Shown here in pieces: positions 25,740 through 39,498 of a stretch of DNA of 64,000 nt. Within the stretch, counting starts at the first letter, position 1. Each line of letters opens with the position of its first letter. The notes below the pieces were generated by a model that worked only from the letters and a program-made list of their open reading frames with translations, was not told the DNA's origin and made no database searches. The translations under genes and the position numbers were made by a program. Source of the stretch: Obrimoposthia wandeli (taxonomy: Eukaryota); assembly GCA_977020255.1 (NCBI GenBank), contig CDROCS010002708.1, forward strand, positions 248,001 through 312,000, written 5' to 3'.

Positions 25740-26589
25740 TTTGAACTAACAGTCAATTTTTCTATTTTGACACTGGTACGTGCTACATTTTTTTGGGCTT
25801 CTTCCAATCTCTGTCTCAAAGTTTTCGTGGCTAAGCAACAACCGACTGATCGAGTAAATTATCTCTTCTTGAATCCCAATCGGTATCTGCCACCACTGTT
25901 AGGATTCACAGGGTGCTTTTTACTATGTTCAACACCCTATTCACATTCTTGCAGAACGACAAGATTCTTTCAGACGATTTCTATAAATATTGGTTACTTA
26001 ATGGCTTTGAGTGTCACTTTATTGATCGGCACATAAGCTCAACTGATACTTTGCCCTGCCTTGAGGCAGCCAAGTCATTCGCAAATGTTATGGTCTTCAT
26101 CTATGTAAACCAACAATCAAGTAGGTTGTTGATTTAATTCAGCACAGTTAAAAGACAGTACATCTCTCTTGAGAAGCCAATATTGAAATAGTAGACTTTC
26201 GTCGTGTGCATCAGTATCCAAGGATTTCGATTAACCAACCATTTGTGTATCCATCTTATCGATTTAGAGCTAATGCTCATTTTTACTAGTTAAAGGATTA
26301 GCTCATATTTTAATACTTTATTAAACGATTTAACATAGTCAATCAGTGTGACTACAGTTTTGTTTCGACCCTGAAAGAAGTCCTTTACATTCTGCGACAG
26401 TCTGAGCAATTGATCATTCATTGACATCCTCGATCTGAAGCAAGTCTTTCTAGGACACAGGAGTCCCCCACTCTCTACGAAGTACATTAGCCGGTGGTTG
26501 AGTACTCTTTCCATTCACCAAGGTATGGTATTGTTAAGGGTAATCAGAATATATTATGCAGTGTACTTCGAATCTTTTCCCTTTTAGAG
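25740..26589 (-). pseudogene. LINE reverse transcriptase remnant, split by the 14-kb element
   Basis: MERVLNHRLMYFVESGGLL...FRSRMS..DQLLRL...TLIDYVKSFNKV and SIRWIHKWLVNR are RT domain 2-3 motifs. Confidence 0.85.
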
Positions 26590-26602
26590 GTAGGGAGTAG
26601 GT

Positions 26603-26860
26603 GGAAGGATGGAGTCTAAGCCAATTTACCCCCCCCCCCCCTAAAGGGTGTCACTCCATAAGGATGTCACATCATAAAATATGTCTTGCCACACCATAAG
26701 GGTATATGTTGCCTCACCTTCGGTGACCCAACATATACCCTTATGGTATGGCAAGACACCTTTTATGGTGTGACACCCTTATGGAGTGACACCCTTTAGG
26801 AGGGAGGCGGGAGGCGGGGAGGGGAGGAGAGGGGTAAATTGGCTTAGACTCCATCCTTCC
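26603..26860. other. Terminal imperfect palindrome (hairpin) of the left TIR
   Basis: GGAAGGATGGAGTCTAAGCCAATTTACCCC...TCACC-TTC-GGTGA...GGGGTAAATTGGCTTAGACTCCATCCTTCC, loop at 26719-26721. Confidence 0.95.
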
Positions 26861-26902
26861 TTGATATACTACTATGGTCGTCCATAGTTTAAAGGGTCAA
26901 TT

Positions 26903-27125
26903 GGCTTAGTCTCCACCCTTCTTTTTGAGATATACCACTATGAAAGGGTAAAGTGGCTTAGTCTCCACCCTTCTTTTTGAGATATACCACTATGAAAGGG
27001 TAAAGTGGCTTAGTCTCCACCCTTCTTTTTGAGATATACCACTATGAAAGGGTAAAGTGGCTTAGTCTCCACCCTTCTTTTTGAGATATATCACTATGAA
27101 AGGGTAAAGTGGCTTAGTCTCCATC
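26903..27125 (+). repeat. 52-bp subterminal tandem repeat, 4 full units plus a partial one
   Basis: GGCTTAGTCTCCACCCTTCTTTTTGAGATATACCACTATGAAAGGGTAAAGT starts at 26903, 26955, 27007, 27059 and 27111 (partial). The right TIR (about 40295-40465) has 3 full inverted units. Confidence 0.95.
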
Positions 27126-27689
27126 CATCTTTTAGTGATCTAGTCTCCACCCTTCTTTTTGTGATCTAGTCCATAATGAAAATTTATGATAAAGTTCACA
27201 CTTAACAATTAAGAATGTATGACGTAATCATACACACACTATTCTATGTGAAAATCAAGGCTAAAGTTCACTCTTATCAGTTAAGGAATGTGGTTTTTAA
27301 CACACACACTATTCTATGTGAAAGTTTAGATCAAATTATTTTCCTAGGTTTTTTCACATTTATAGAATTATGATAAAATTTCTTTAAATAACTTCAATTA
27401 TATATTAAAATAAAATAAAATAAGAAAGAAGTCAGAGAATAATACAAAATTAAACACATTTATTATGTAATTTCATAATATCATCTTCAAACTTAAGTGA
27501 ATAACATTTACAAAGTAAGAAAGTCCATTCTTTATACATTCTTTTCGTTTCAACGACTAAGTTACAACGGAATTAATAGAAAATTAGTAAAAATATTAAT
27601 TTATTTGAATATTTGAATGAGAGTTTGAATAAATGAGAGGTAGAATGAATGTAAATGAATAAAATTATGCATGCAAGTATGAATGTCAT

Positions 27690-30600
27690 TTACAAGTAAG
27701 AGGGTTTAGCAAGTGAATGTAATTTAAAAATAAGAGTGTCGATAGTTTGATTGAATGCAAGTGTAATTTAGACTATAAGTAAATTAAAATAGAGTTTTTG
27801 TTGAATAAATTATAGTTAGATTGAATGCAAGTATGACGAGCAAGTGATTGATAGTTTGAATTTTCAATACAAGTAAGTGGGTTTAGCAAGTGAATGTAAT
27901 TTTAAAAAATAAGAGTGTCGATAGTTTGATTGAATGCAAGTGTAATTTAGACTATAAGTAAATTAAAATAGAGTTTTTGTTGAATAAATTATAGTTAGAT
28001 TGAATGCAAGTATGACGAGCAAGTGTTTGATAGTTTGAATTTTCAATACAAGTAAGTGGGTTTAGCAAGTGAATGTAATTTTAAAAATAAGAGTGTCGAT
28101 AGTTTGATTGAATGCAAGTGTAATTTAGACTATAAGTAAATTAAAATAGAGTTTTTGTTGAATAAATTATAGTTAGATTGAATGCAAGTATGACGAGCAA
28201 GTGATTGATAGTTTGAATTTTCAATACAAGTAAGTGGGTTTAGCAAGTGAATGTAATTTTAAAAATAAGAGTGTCGATAGTTTGATTGAATGCAAGTGTA
28301 ATTTAGACTATAAGTAAATTAAAATAGAGTTTTTGTTGAATAAATTATAGTTAGATTGAATGCAAGTATGACGAGCAAGTGTTTGATAGTTTGAATTTTC
28401 AATACAAGTAAGTGGGTTTAGCAAGTGAATGTAATTTTAAAAAATAAGAGTGTCGATAGTTTGATTGAATGCAAGTGTAATTTAGACTATAAGTAAATTA
28501 AAATAGAGTTTTTGTTGAATAAATTATAGTTAGATTGAATGCAAGTATGACGAGCAAGTGATTTGATAGTTTGAATTTTCAATACAAGTAAGTGGGTTTA
28601 GCAAGTGAATGTAATTTTAAAAAATAAGAGTGTCGATAGTTTGATTGAATGCAAGTGTAATTTAGACTATAAGTAAATTAAAATAGAGTTTTTGTTGAAT
28701 AAATTATAGTTAGATTGAATGCAAGTATGACGAGCAAGTGATTGATAGTTTGAATTTTCAATACAAGTAAGTGGGTTTAGCAAGTGAATGTAATTTTAAA
28801 AAATAAGAGTGTCGATAGTTTGATTGAATGCAAGTGTAATTTAGACTATAAGTAAATTAAAATAGAGTTTTTGTTGAATAAATTATAGTTAGATTGAATG
28901 CAAGTATGACGAGCAAGTGTTTGATAGTTTGAATTTTCAATACAAGTAAGTGGGTTTAGCAAGTGAATGTAATTTTAAAAAATAAGAGTGTCGATAGTTT
29001 GATTGAATGCAAGTGTAATTTAGACTATAAGTAAATTAAAATAGAGTTTTTGTTGAATAAATTATAGTTAGATTGAATGCAAGTATGACGAGCAAGTGTT
29101 TGATAGTTTGAATTTTCAATACAAGTAAGTGGGTTTAGCAAGTGAATGTAATTTTAAAAAATAAGAGTGTCGATAGTTTGATTGAATGCAAGTGTAATTT
29201 AGACTATAAGTAAATTAAAATAGAGTTTTTGTTGAATAAATTATAGTTAGATTGAATGCAAGTATGACGAGCAAGTGTTTGATAGTTTGAATTTTCAATA
29301 CAAGTAAGTGGGTTTAGCAAGTGAATGTAATTTTAAAAAATAAGAGTGTCGATAGTTTGATTGAATGCAAGTGTAATTTAGACTATAAGTAAATTAAAAT
29401 AGAGTTTTTGTTGAATAAATTATAGTTAGATTGAATGCAAGTATGACGAGCAAGTGATTGATAGTTTGAATTTTCAATACAAGTAAGTGGGTTTAGCAAG
29501 TGAATATAATTTTAAAAAATAAGAGTGTCGATAGTTTGATTGAATGCAAGTGTAATTTAGACTATAAGTAAATTAAAATAGAGTTTTTGTTGAATAAATT
29601 ATAGTTAGATTGAATGCAAGTATGACGAGCAAGTGATTTGATAGTTTGAATTTTCAATACAAGTAAGTGGGTTTAGCAAGTGAATGTAATTTTAAAAAAT
29701 AAGAGTGTCGATAGTTTGATTGAATGCAAGTGTAATTTAGACTATAAGTAAATTAAAATAGAGTTTTGTTGAATAAATTATAGTTAGATTGAATGCAAGT
29801 ATGACGAGCAAGTGTTTGATAGTTTGAATTTTCAATACAAGTAAGTGGGTTTAGCAAGTGAATGTAATTTTAAAAAATAAGAGTGTCGATAGTTTGATTG
29901 AATGCAAGTGTAATTTAGACTATAAGTAAATTAAAATAGAGTTTTTGTTGAATAAATTATAGTTAGATTGAATGCAAGTATGACGAGCAAGTGATTGATA
30001 GTTTGAATTTTCAATACAAGTAAGTGGGTTTAGCAAGTGAATGTAATTTTAAAAAATAAGAGTGTCGATAGTTTGATTGAATGCAAGTGTAATTTAGACT
30101 ATAAGTAAATTAAAATAGAGTTTTTGTTGAATAAATTATAGTTAGATTGAATGCAAGTATGACGAGCAAGTGTTTGATAGTTTGAATTTTCAATACAAGT
30201 AAGTGGGTTTAGCAAGTGAATGTAATTTTAAAAAATAAGAGTGTCGATAGTTTGATTGAATGCAAGTGTAATTTAGACTATAAGTAAATTAAAATAGAGT
30301 TTTTGTTGAATAAATTATAGTTAGATTGAATGCAAGTATGACGAGCAAGTGTTGATAGTTTGAATTTTCAATACAAGTAAGTGGGTTTAGCAAGTGAATG
30401 TAATTTTAAAAAATAAGAGTGTCGATAGTTTGATTGAATGCAAGTGTAATTTAGACTATAAGTAAATTAAAATAGAGTTTTTGTTGAATAAATTATAGTT
30501 AGATTGAATGCAAGTATGACGAGCAAGTGTTTGATAGTTTGAATTTTCAATACAAGTAAGTGGGTTTAGCAAGTGAATGTAATTTTAAAAAATAAGAGTG

Positions 30601-33076
30601 TCGATAGTTTGATTGAATGCAAGTGTAATTTAGACTATAAGTAAATTAAAATAGAGTTTTTGTTGAATAAATTATAGTTAGATTGAATGCAAGTATGACG
30701 AGCAAGTGATTGATAGTTTGAATTTTCAATACAAGTAAGTGGGTTTAGCAAGTGAATGTAATTTTAAAAAATAAGAGTGTCGATAGTTTGATTGAATGCA
30801 AGTGTAATTTAGACTATAAGTAAATTAAAATAGAGTTTTTGTTGAATAAATTATAGTTAGATTGAATGCAAGTATGACGAGCAAGTGATTGATAGTTTGA
30901 ATTTTCAATACAAGTAAGTGGGTTTAGCAAGTGAATGTAATTTTAAAAAATAAGAGTGTCGATAGTTTGATTGAATGCAAGTGTAATTTAGACTATAAGT
31001 AAATTAAAATAGAGTTTTTGTTGAATAAATTATAGTTAGATTGAATGCAAGTATGACGAGCAAGTGTTTGATAGTTTGAATTTTCAATACAAGTAAGTGG
31101 GTTTAGCAAGTGAATGTAATTTTAAAAAATAAGAGTGTCGATAGTTTGATTGAATGCAAGTGTAATTTAGACTATAAGTAAATTAAAATAGAGTTTTTGT
31201 TGAATAAATTATAGTTAGATTGAATGCAAGTATGACGAGCAAGTGATTGATAGTTTGAATTTTCAATACAAGTAAGTGGGTTTAGCAAGTGAATGTAATT
31301 TTAAAAAATAAGAGTGTCGATAGTTTGATTGAATGCAAGTGTAATTTAGACTATAAGTAAATTAAAATAGAGTTTTTGTTGAATAAATTATAGTTAGATT
31401 GAATGCAAGTATGACGAGCAAGTGTTTGATAGTTTGAATTTTCAATACAAGTAAGTGGGTTTAGCAAGTGAATGTAATTTTAAAAAATAAGAGTGTCGAT
31501 AGTTTGATTGAATGCAAGTGTAATTTAGACTATAAGTAAATTAAAATAGAGTTTTTGTTGAATAAATTATAGTTAGATTGAATGCAAGTATGACGAGCAA
31601 GTGATTTGATAGTTTGAATTTTCAATACAAGTAAGTGGGTTTAGCAAGTGAATGTAATTTTAAAAAAATAAGAGTGTCGATAGTTTGATTGAATGCAAGT
31701 GTAATTTAGACTATAAGTAAATTAAAATAGAGTTTTTGTTGAATAAATTATAGTTAGATTGAATGCAAGTATGACGAGCAAGTGTTTGATAGTTTGAATT
31801 TTCAATACAAGTAAGTGGGTTTAGCAAGTGAATGTAATTTTAAAAAATAAGAGTGTCGATAGTTTGATTGAATGCAAGTGTAATTTAGACTATAAGTAAA
31901 TTAAAATAGAGTTTTTGTTGAATAAATTATAGTTAGATTGAATGCAAGTATGACGAGCAAGTGTTTGATAGTTTGAATTTTCAATACAAGTAAGTGGGTT
32001 TAGCAAGTGAATGTAATTTTAAAAAATAAGAGTGTCGATAGTTTGATTGAATGCAAGTGTAATTTAGACTATAAGTAAATTAAAATAGAGTTTTGTTGAA
32101 TAAATTATAGTTAGATTGAATGCAAGTATGACGAGCAAGTGATTGATAGTTTGAATTTTCAATACAAGTAAGTGGGTTTAGCAAGTGAATGTAATTTTAA
32201 AAATAAGAGTGTCGATAGTTTGATTGAATGCAAGTGTAATTTAGACTATAAGTAAATTAAAATAGAGTTTTTGTTGAATAAATTATAGTTAGATTGAATG
32301 CAAGTATGACGAGCAAGTGATTTGATAGTTTGAATTTTCAATACAAGTAAGTGGGTTTAGCAAGTGAATGTAATTTTAAAAATAAGAGTGTCGATAGTTT
32401 GATTGAATGCAAGTGTAATTTAGACTATAAGTAAATTAAAATAGAGTTTTTGTTGAATAAATTATAGTTAGATTGAATGCAAGTATGACGAGCAAGTGAT
32501 TGATAGTTTGAATTTTCAATACAAGTAAGTGGGTTTAGCAAGTGAATATAATTTTAAAAAATAAGAGTGTCGATAGTTTGATTGAATGCAAGTGTAATTT
32601 AGACTATAAGTAAATTAAAATAGAGTTTTTGTTGAATAAATTATAGTTAGATTGAATGCAAGTATGACGAGCAAGTGATTGATAGTTTGAATTTTCAATA
32701 CAAGCAGATAGTTTGATTGAATGCAAGTGTAATTTAGACTATAAGTAAATTAAAATAGAGTTTTTGTTGAATAAATTATAGTTAGATTGAATGCAAGTAT
32801 GACGAGCAAGTGTTTGATAGTTTGAATTTTCAATACAAGTAAGTGGGTTTAGCAAGTGAATGTAATTTTAAAAAATAAGAGTGTCGATAGTTTGATTGAA
32901 TGCAAGTGTAATTTAGACTATAAGTAAATTAAAATAGAGTTTTTGTTGAATAAATTATAGTTAGATTGAATGCAAGTATGACGAACAAGTGATTGATAGT
33001 TTGAATTTTCAATACAAGTAAGTGGGTTTAGCAAGTGAATGTAATTTTAAAAAAATAAGAGTGTCGATAGTTTGAT
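27690..33076 (+). repeat. Satellite 1: about 179-bp unit, about 30 highly homogeneous copies
   Basis: gtcgatagtttgattgaatgcaagtgtaatttagactataag... recurs at 27738, 27917, 28095 ... 33063. One internally deleted unit near 32700. Confidence 0.97.
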
Positions 33077-33369
33077 TTTTTTTTTTAAATTACTTGATAT
33101 TTTTGCCATTGTCCGTTTAATATAATATGAATATTCAATTTATTTCTTCAAAAATTCATTTTTTTTATATGTTAAATAATATTTCTTTACCACATTATTG
33201 TGGTTTTTATCAAGTGATTTTAACTTTAAACTATAAAAATATTTTAATTATAAAGTTAGTTGCTGTACCCCGCCCACTGTATATAACATAAATTTCAAAT
33301 ATAAAGTACTATTAAGTTTATTATTTCGAATAGTAAATGATTTTTTCGAGTTATTTAATTTTGTTTACT

Positions 33370-36300
33370 AGACATTCGAAAATTTACTTGTAAACTACAA
33401 TATTTATTTGTTGTTGTATATATTTAGTTTAAAATGTTGTAAGTTATTACTTTAATATAATTTTCAACAAAAACTTCAAGTAGTTTACTTATTAAACATA
33501 AGTTTAATGTTTTGTACAATAAATTGACTTGTAAACATAATTTATTTTGATATATTTTCAATTTAATATGTTGTAAGTTATTACTTTAATATAATTTACA
33601 ACAAAAACTTCAAGTAGTTTACTTATTAAACATAAGTTTAATGTTTTGTACAATAAATTGACTTGTAAACATAATTTATTTTGATATATTTTCAATTTAA
33701 TATGTTGTAAGTTATTACTTTAATATAATTTACAACAAAAACTTCTAGTAATTTACTTGTAAACTACAATATGTATTTGTTGTTGTATATATTTAGTTTA
33801 AAATGTTGTAAGTTATTACTTTAATATAATTTTCAACAAAAATTTCAAGTAGTTTACTTATTAAACATAAGTTTAATGTTTTGTACAATAAATTGACTTG
33901 TAAACATAATTTATTTTTGATATATTTTCAATTTAATATGTTGTAAGTTATTACTTTAATATAATTTACAACAAAAACTTCAAGTAGTTTACTTATTAAA
34001 CATAAGTTTAATGTTTTGTACAATAAATTGACTTGTAAACATAATTTATTTTGATATATTTTCAATTTACTATGTTGTAAGTTATTACTTTAATATAATT
34101 TACAACAAAAACTTCAAGTAATTTACTTGTAAACTACAATATTTATTTGTTGTTGTATATATTTAGTTTAAAATGTTGTAAGTTATTACTTTAATATAAT
34201 TTTCAACAAAAATTTCAAGTAGTTTACTTATTAAACATAAGTTTAATGTTTTGTACAATAAATTGACTTGTAAACATAATTTATTTTTGATATATTTTCA
34301 ATTTAATATGTTGTAAGTTATTACTTTAATATAATTTACAACAAAAACTTCAAGTAGTTTACTTATTAAACATAAGTTTAATGTTTTGTACAATAAATTG
34401 ACTTGTAAACATAATTTATTTTGATATATTTTCAATTTACTATGTTGTAAGTTATTACTTTAATATAATTTACAACAAAAACTTCAAGTAATTTACTTGT
34501 AAACTACAATATTTATTTGTTGTTGTATATATTTAGTTTAAAATGTTGTAAGTTATTACTTTAATATAATTTTCAACAAAAACTTCAAGTAGTTTACTTA
34601 TTAAACATAAGTTTAATGTTTTGTACAATAAATTGACTTGTAAACATAATTTATTTTGATATATTTTCAATTTAATATGTTGTAAGTTATTACTTTAATA
34701 TAATTTACAACAAAAACTTCAAGTTGTTTACTTATTAAACTTAAGTTTAATGTTTTGTACAATAAATTGACTTGTAAACATAATTTATTTTGATATATTT
34801 TCAATTTAATATGTTGTAAGTTATTACTTTAATATAATTTACAACAAAAACTTCAAGTTGTTTACTTATTAAACATAAGTTTAATGTTTTGTACAATAAA
34901 TTGACTTGTAAACATAATTTATTTTGATATATTTTCAATTTAATATGTTGTAAGTTATTACTTTAATATAATTTACAACAAAAACTTCAAGTAGTTTACT
35001 TATTAAACATAAGTTTAATGTTTTGTACAATAAATTGACTTGTAAACATAATTTATTTTGATATATTTTCAATTTAATATGTTGTAAGTTATTACTTTAA
35101 TATAATTTACAACAAAAACTTCTAGTAATTTACTTGTAAACTATAATATTTATTTGTTGTTGTATATATTTAGTTTAAAATGTTGTAAGTTATTACTTTA
35201 ATATAATTTTCAACAAAAATTTCAAGTAGTTTACTTATTAAACATAAGTTTAATGTTTTGTACAATAAATTGACTTGTAAACATAATTTATTTTTGATAT
35301 ATTTTCAATTTAATATGTTGTAAGTTATTACTTTAATATAATTTACAACAAAAACTTCTAGTAATTTACTTGTAAACTATAATATTTATTTGTTGTTGTA
35401 TATATTTAGTTTAAAATGTTGTAAGTTATTACTTTAATATAATTTACAACAAAAACTTCAAGTAGTTTACTTATTAAACATAAGTTTAATGTTTTGTACA
35501 ATAAATTGACTTGTAAACATAATTTATTTTTTGATATATTTTCAATTTAATATGTTGTAAGTTATTACTTTAATATAATTTTCAACAAAAACTTCAAGTA
35601 GTTTACTTATTAAACATAAGTTTAATGTTTTGTACAATAAATTGACTTGTAAACATAATTTATTTTGATATATTTTCAATTTAATATGTTGTAAGTTATT
35701 ACTTTAATATAATTTACAACAAAAAAAAAACTTCAAGTAGTTTACTTATTAAACATAAGTTTAATGTTTTGTACAATAAATTGACTTGTAAACATAATTT
35801 ATTTTGATATATTTTCAATTTAATATGTTGTAAGTTATTACTTTAATATAATTTACAACAAAAACTTCAAGTAGTTTACTTACTAAACATAAGTTTAATG
35901 TTTTGTACAATAAATTGACTTGTAAACATAATTTATTTTGATATATTTTCAATTTAATATGTTGTAAGTTATTACTTTAATATAATTTACAACAAAAACT
36001 TCTAGTAATTTACTTGTAAACTACAATATTTATTTGTTGTTGTATATATTTAGTTTAAAATGTTGTTAGTTATTACTTTAATATAATTTTCAACAAAAAC
36101 TTCGAGTAGTTTACTTATTAAACATAAGTTTAATGTTTTGTACAATAAATTGACTTGTTAACATAATATATTTATGCATATATTAACTTTAATATGTTGT
36201 AACTTATTACTTTAATATAATTTTCAACAAAAACGTCAAGTAGTTTACTTATTAATCATAAGTTTAATGTTTTGTACAATAATTTGACTTGTAAACATAA

Positions 36301-39300
36301 TTTATTTTGATATATTTTCAATTTAATATGTTGTAAGTTATTACTTTAATATAATTTACAACAAAAACTTCAAGTAATTTACTTGTAAACTACAATATTT
36401 ATTTGTTGTTGTATATATTTAGTTTAAAATGTTGTAAGTTATTACTTTAATATAATTTTCAACAAAAATTTCAAGTAATTTACTTAATAATCATAATATT
36501 TATGATTTGATCAATAAATTGACTTGTAAACATAATATAATTTGCATATTTTCAATTTAATATATTGTAAGTTATTACTATAATATTACATTACATAAAA
36601 AAAGTAATTGATAGTTTACTATCGTTTACAATAAATTTATGCATATATTCACTTTAATATGTTGTAAGTTATTACTTTATTATAATTTTCAACAAAAAAA
36701 AACTTCAAGTAGTTTACTTATTAAACATAAGTTTAATGTTTTGTACAATAAATTGATTTGTAAACATAATTTATTTTGGTATATTTTCAATTTATATGTT
36801 GTAAGTTATTACTTTAATATAATTTACAACCAAAACTTCAAGAAATTTACTTAATAATCATAATTTTAATGATTTGATCAATAAATTGACTTGTAAACAT
36901 AATATAATTTGCATATTTTCAATTTAACACGTTGTAAGTTAATACTGTAATATTTCATTACATAAAAAGTAATTCATAGTTTACTGTCGTTTACTATAAA
37001 TTTACTTGTAAACATAATATATTTATGCATTATTCACTTTAATACGTTTTAAGTTATTAGAATTTGTGTTCTTGTATTCAATGATTAACTTTTATTAAAC
37101 TATTATATAACATTGACACTCTTATTTTTAAAAAATTGACTTGTAAACATAATTTATTTTGATATATTTTCAATTTAATATGTTGTAAGTTATTACTTTA
37201 ATATAATTTACAACAAAAACTTCTAGTAATTTACTTGTAAACTACAATATTTATTTGTTGTTGCATATATTTAGTTTAAAATGTTGTAAGTTATTACTTT
37301 AATATAATTTTCAACAAAAATTTCAAGTAGTTTACTTATTAAACATAAGTTTAATGTTTTGTACAATAAATTGACTTGTAAACATAATTTATTTTTGATA
37401 TATTTTCAATTTAATATGTTGTAAGTTATTACTTTAATATAATTTACAACAAAAACTTCAAGTAGTTTACTTATTAAACATAAGTTTAATGTTTTGTACA
37501 ATAAATTGACTTGTAAACATAATTTATTTTGATATATTTTCAATTTACTATGTTGTAAGTTATTACTTTAATATAATTTACAACAAAAACTTCAAGTAAT
37601 TTACTTGTAAACTACAATATTTATTTGTTGTTGTATATATTTAGTTTAAAATGTTGTAAGTTATTACTTTAATATAATTTTCAACAAAAACTTCAAGTAG
37701 TTTACTTATTAAACATAAGTTTAATGTTTTGTACAATAAATTGACTTGTAAACATAATTTATTTTGATATATTTTCAATTTAATATGTTGTAAGTTATTA
37801 CTTTAATATAATTTACAACAAAAAACTTCAAGTAGTTTACTTATTAAACTTAAGTTTAATGTTTTGTACAATAAATTGACTTGTAAACATAATTTATTTT
37901 GATATATTTTCAATTTAATATGTTGTAAGTTATTACTTTAATATAATTTACAACAAAAAACTTCAAGTAGTTTACTTATTAAACTTAAGTTTAATGTTTT
38001 GTACAATAAATTGACTTGTAAACATAATTTATTTTGATATATTTTCAATTTAATATGTTGTAAGTTATTACTTTAATATAATTTACAACAAAAACTTCAA
38101 GTTGTTTACTTATTAAACATAAGTTTAATGTTTTGTACAATAAATTGACTTGTAAACATAATTTATTTTGATATATTTTCAATTTAATATGTTGTAAGTT
38201 ATTACTTTAATATAATTTACAACAAAAAACTTCAAGTAGTTTACTTATTAAACTTAAGTTTAATGTTTTGTACAATAAATTGACTTGTAAACATAATTTA
38301 TTTTGATATATTTTCAATTTAATATGTTGTAAGTTATTACTTTAATATAATTTACAACAAAAACTTCAAGTTGTTTACTTATTAAACATAAGTTTAATGT
38401 TTTGTACAATAAATTGACTTGTAAACATAATTTATTTTGATATATTTTCAATTTAATATGTTGTAAGTTATTACTTTAATATAATTTACAACAAAAACTT
38501 CAAGTAGTTTACTTATTAAACTTAAGTTTAATGTTTTGTACAATAAATTGACTTGTAAACATAATTTATTTTGATATATTTTCAATTTAATATGTTGTAA
38601 GTTATTACTTTAATATAATTTACAACAAAAACTTCAAGTAGTTTACTTATTAAACATAAGTTTAATGTTTTGTACAATAAATTGACTTGTAAACATAATT
38701 TATTTTGATATATTTTCAATTTAATATGTTGTAAGTTATTACTTTAATATAATTTACAACAAAAACTTCTAGTAATTTACTTGTAAACTACAATATTTAT
38801 TTGTTGTTGTATATATTTAGTTTAAAATGTTGTAAGTTATTACTTTAATATAATTTTCAACAAAAATTTCAAGTAGTTTACTTATTAAACATAAGTTTAA
38901 TGTTTTGTACAATAAATTGACTTGTAAACATAATTTATTTTGATATATTTTCAATTTAATATGTTGTAAGTTATTACTTTAATATAATTTACAACAAAAA
39001 CTTCAAGTAATTTACTTGTAAACTACAATATTTATTTTGTTGTTGTATATATTCAGTTTAAAATGTTGTAAGTTAATACTTTAATATAATTTACAACCAA
39101 ATCTTCAAGTAATTTACTTAATAATCATAATATTAATGATTTGATCAATAAATTGACTTGTAAACATAATATAATTTGCATATTTTCAATTTAATATATT
39201 GTAAGTTATTACTATAATATTACATTACATAAAAAAAAAGTAATTGATAGTTTACTATCGTTTACAATAAATTTATGCATATATTCACTTTAATATGTTG

Positions 39301-39400
39301 TAAGTTATTACTTTATTATAATTTTCAACAAAAACTTCAAGTAGTTTACTTATTAAACATAAGTTTAATGTTTTGTACAATAAATTGACTTGTAAACATA
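33370..39400. repeat. Satellite 2: very AT-rich array of about 134-bp (A) and about 101-bp (B) monomers
   Basis: A starts acttcaagtagtttacttattaaac and B starts acttc(a/t)agtaatttacttgtaaact. Order is often A-A-B, with diverged blocks at about 36470-37130 and 39090-39500. Confidence 0.95.
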
Positions 39401-39498
39401 ATATATTTATGCATTATTCACTTTAATACGTTTTAAGTTATTAGAATTTGTGTTCTTGTATTCAATGATTAACTTTTATTAAACTATTATATAACATT

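Larger units (their letters stand above)
26596..27919 (+). repeat. Left terminal inverted repeat (about 1.32 kb)
   Basis: Reverse complement of 39499-40747 apart from one extra 52-bp unit, a G-run expansion, a homopolymer difference and a few substitutions. Confidence 0.95.

Noticed and set aside
26789-26834. G-rich tract in the left hairpin as a functional G-quadruplex
   Set aside because: The right TIR has a plain run of about 12 G at this position. The interrupted expansion may be a homopolymer sequencing artefact.
36639-36854. 71-aa ORF inside satellite 2
   Set aside because: Chance open frame in a diverged AT-rich monomer, with no motif.
26903-39400. Regular repeats (52-bp, 179-bp, 134/101-bp, and the 18-bp array at 20.1 kb) as CRISPR-like arrays
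   Set aside because: Units are head-to-tail with no unique spacers, no cas genes are present, and the context is eukaryotic.
27690-39400. Mirror-image strand skew or polarised CAAGT motif across the two halves of the 14-kb element, KOPS-like
   Set aside because: Satellite 1 is strongly G over C, but a manual count of the satellite 2 A-monomer gives about equal G and C, with the motif in both orientations, so there is no symmetry.
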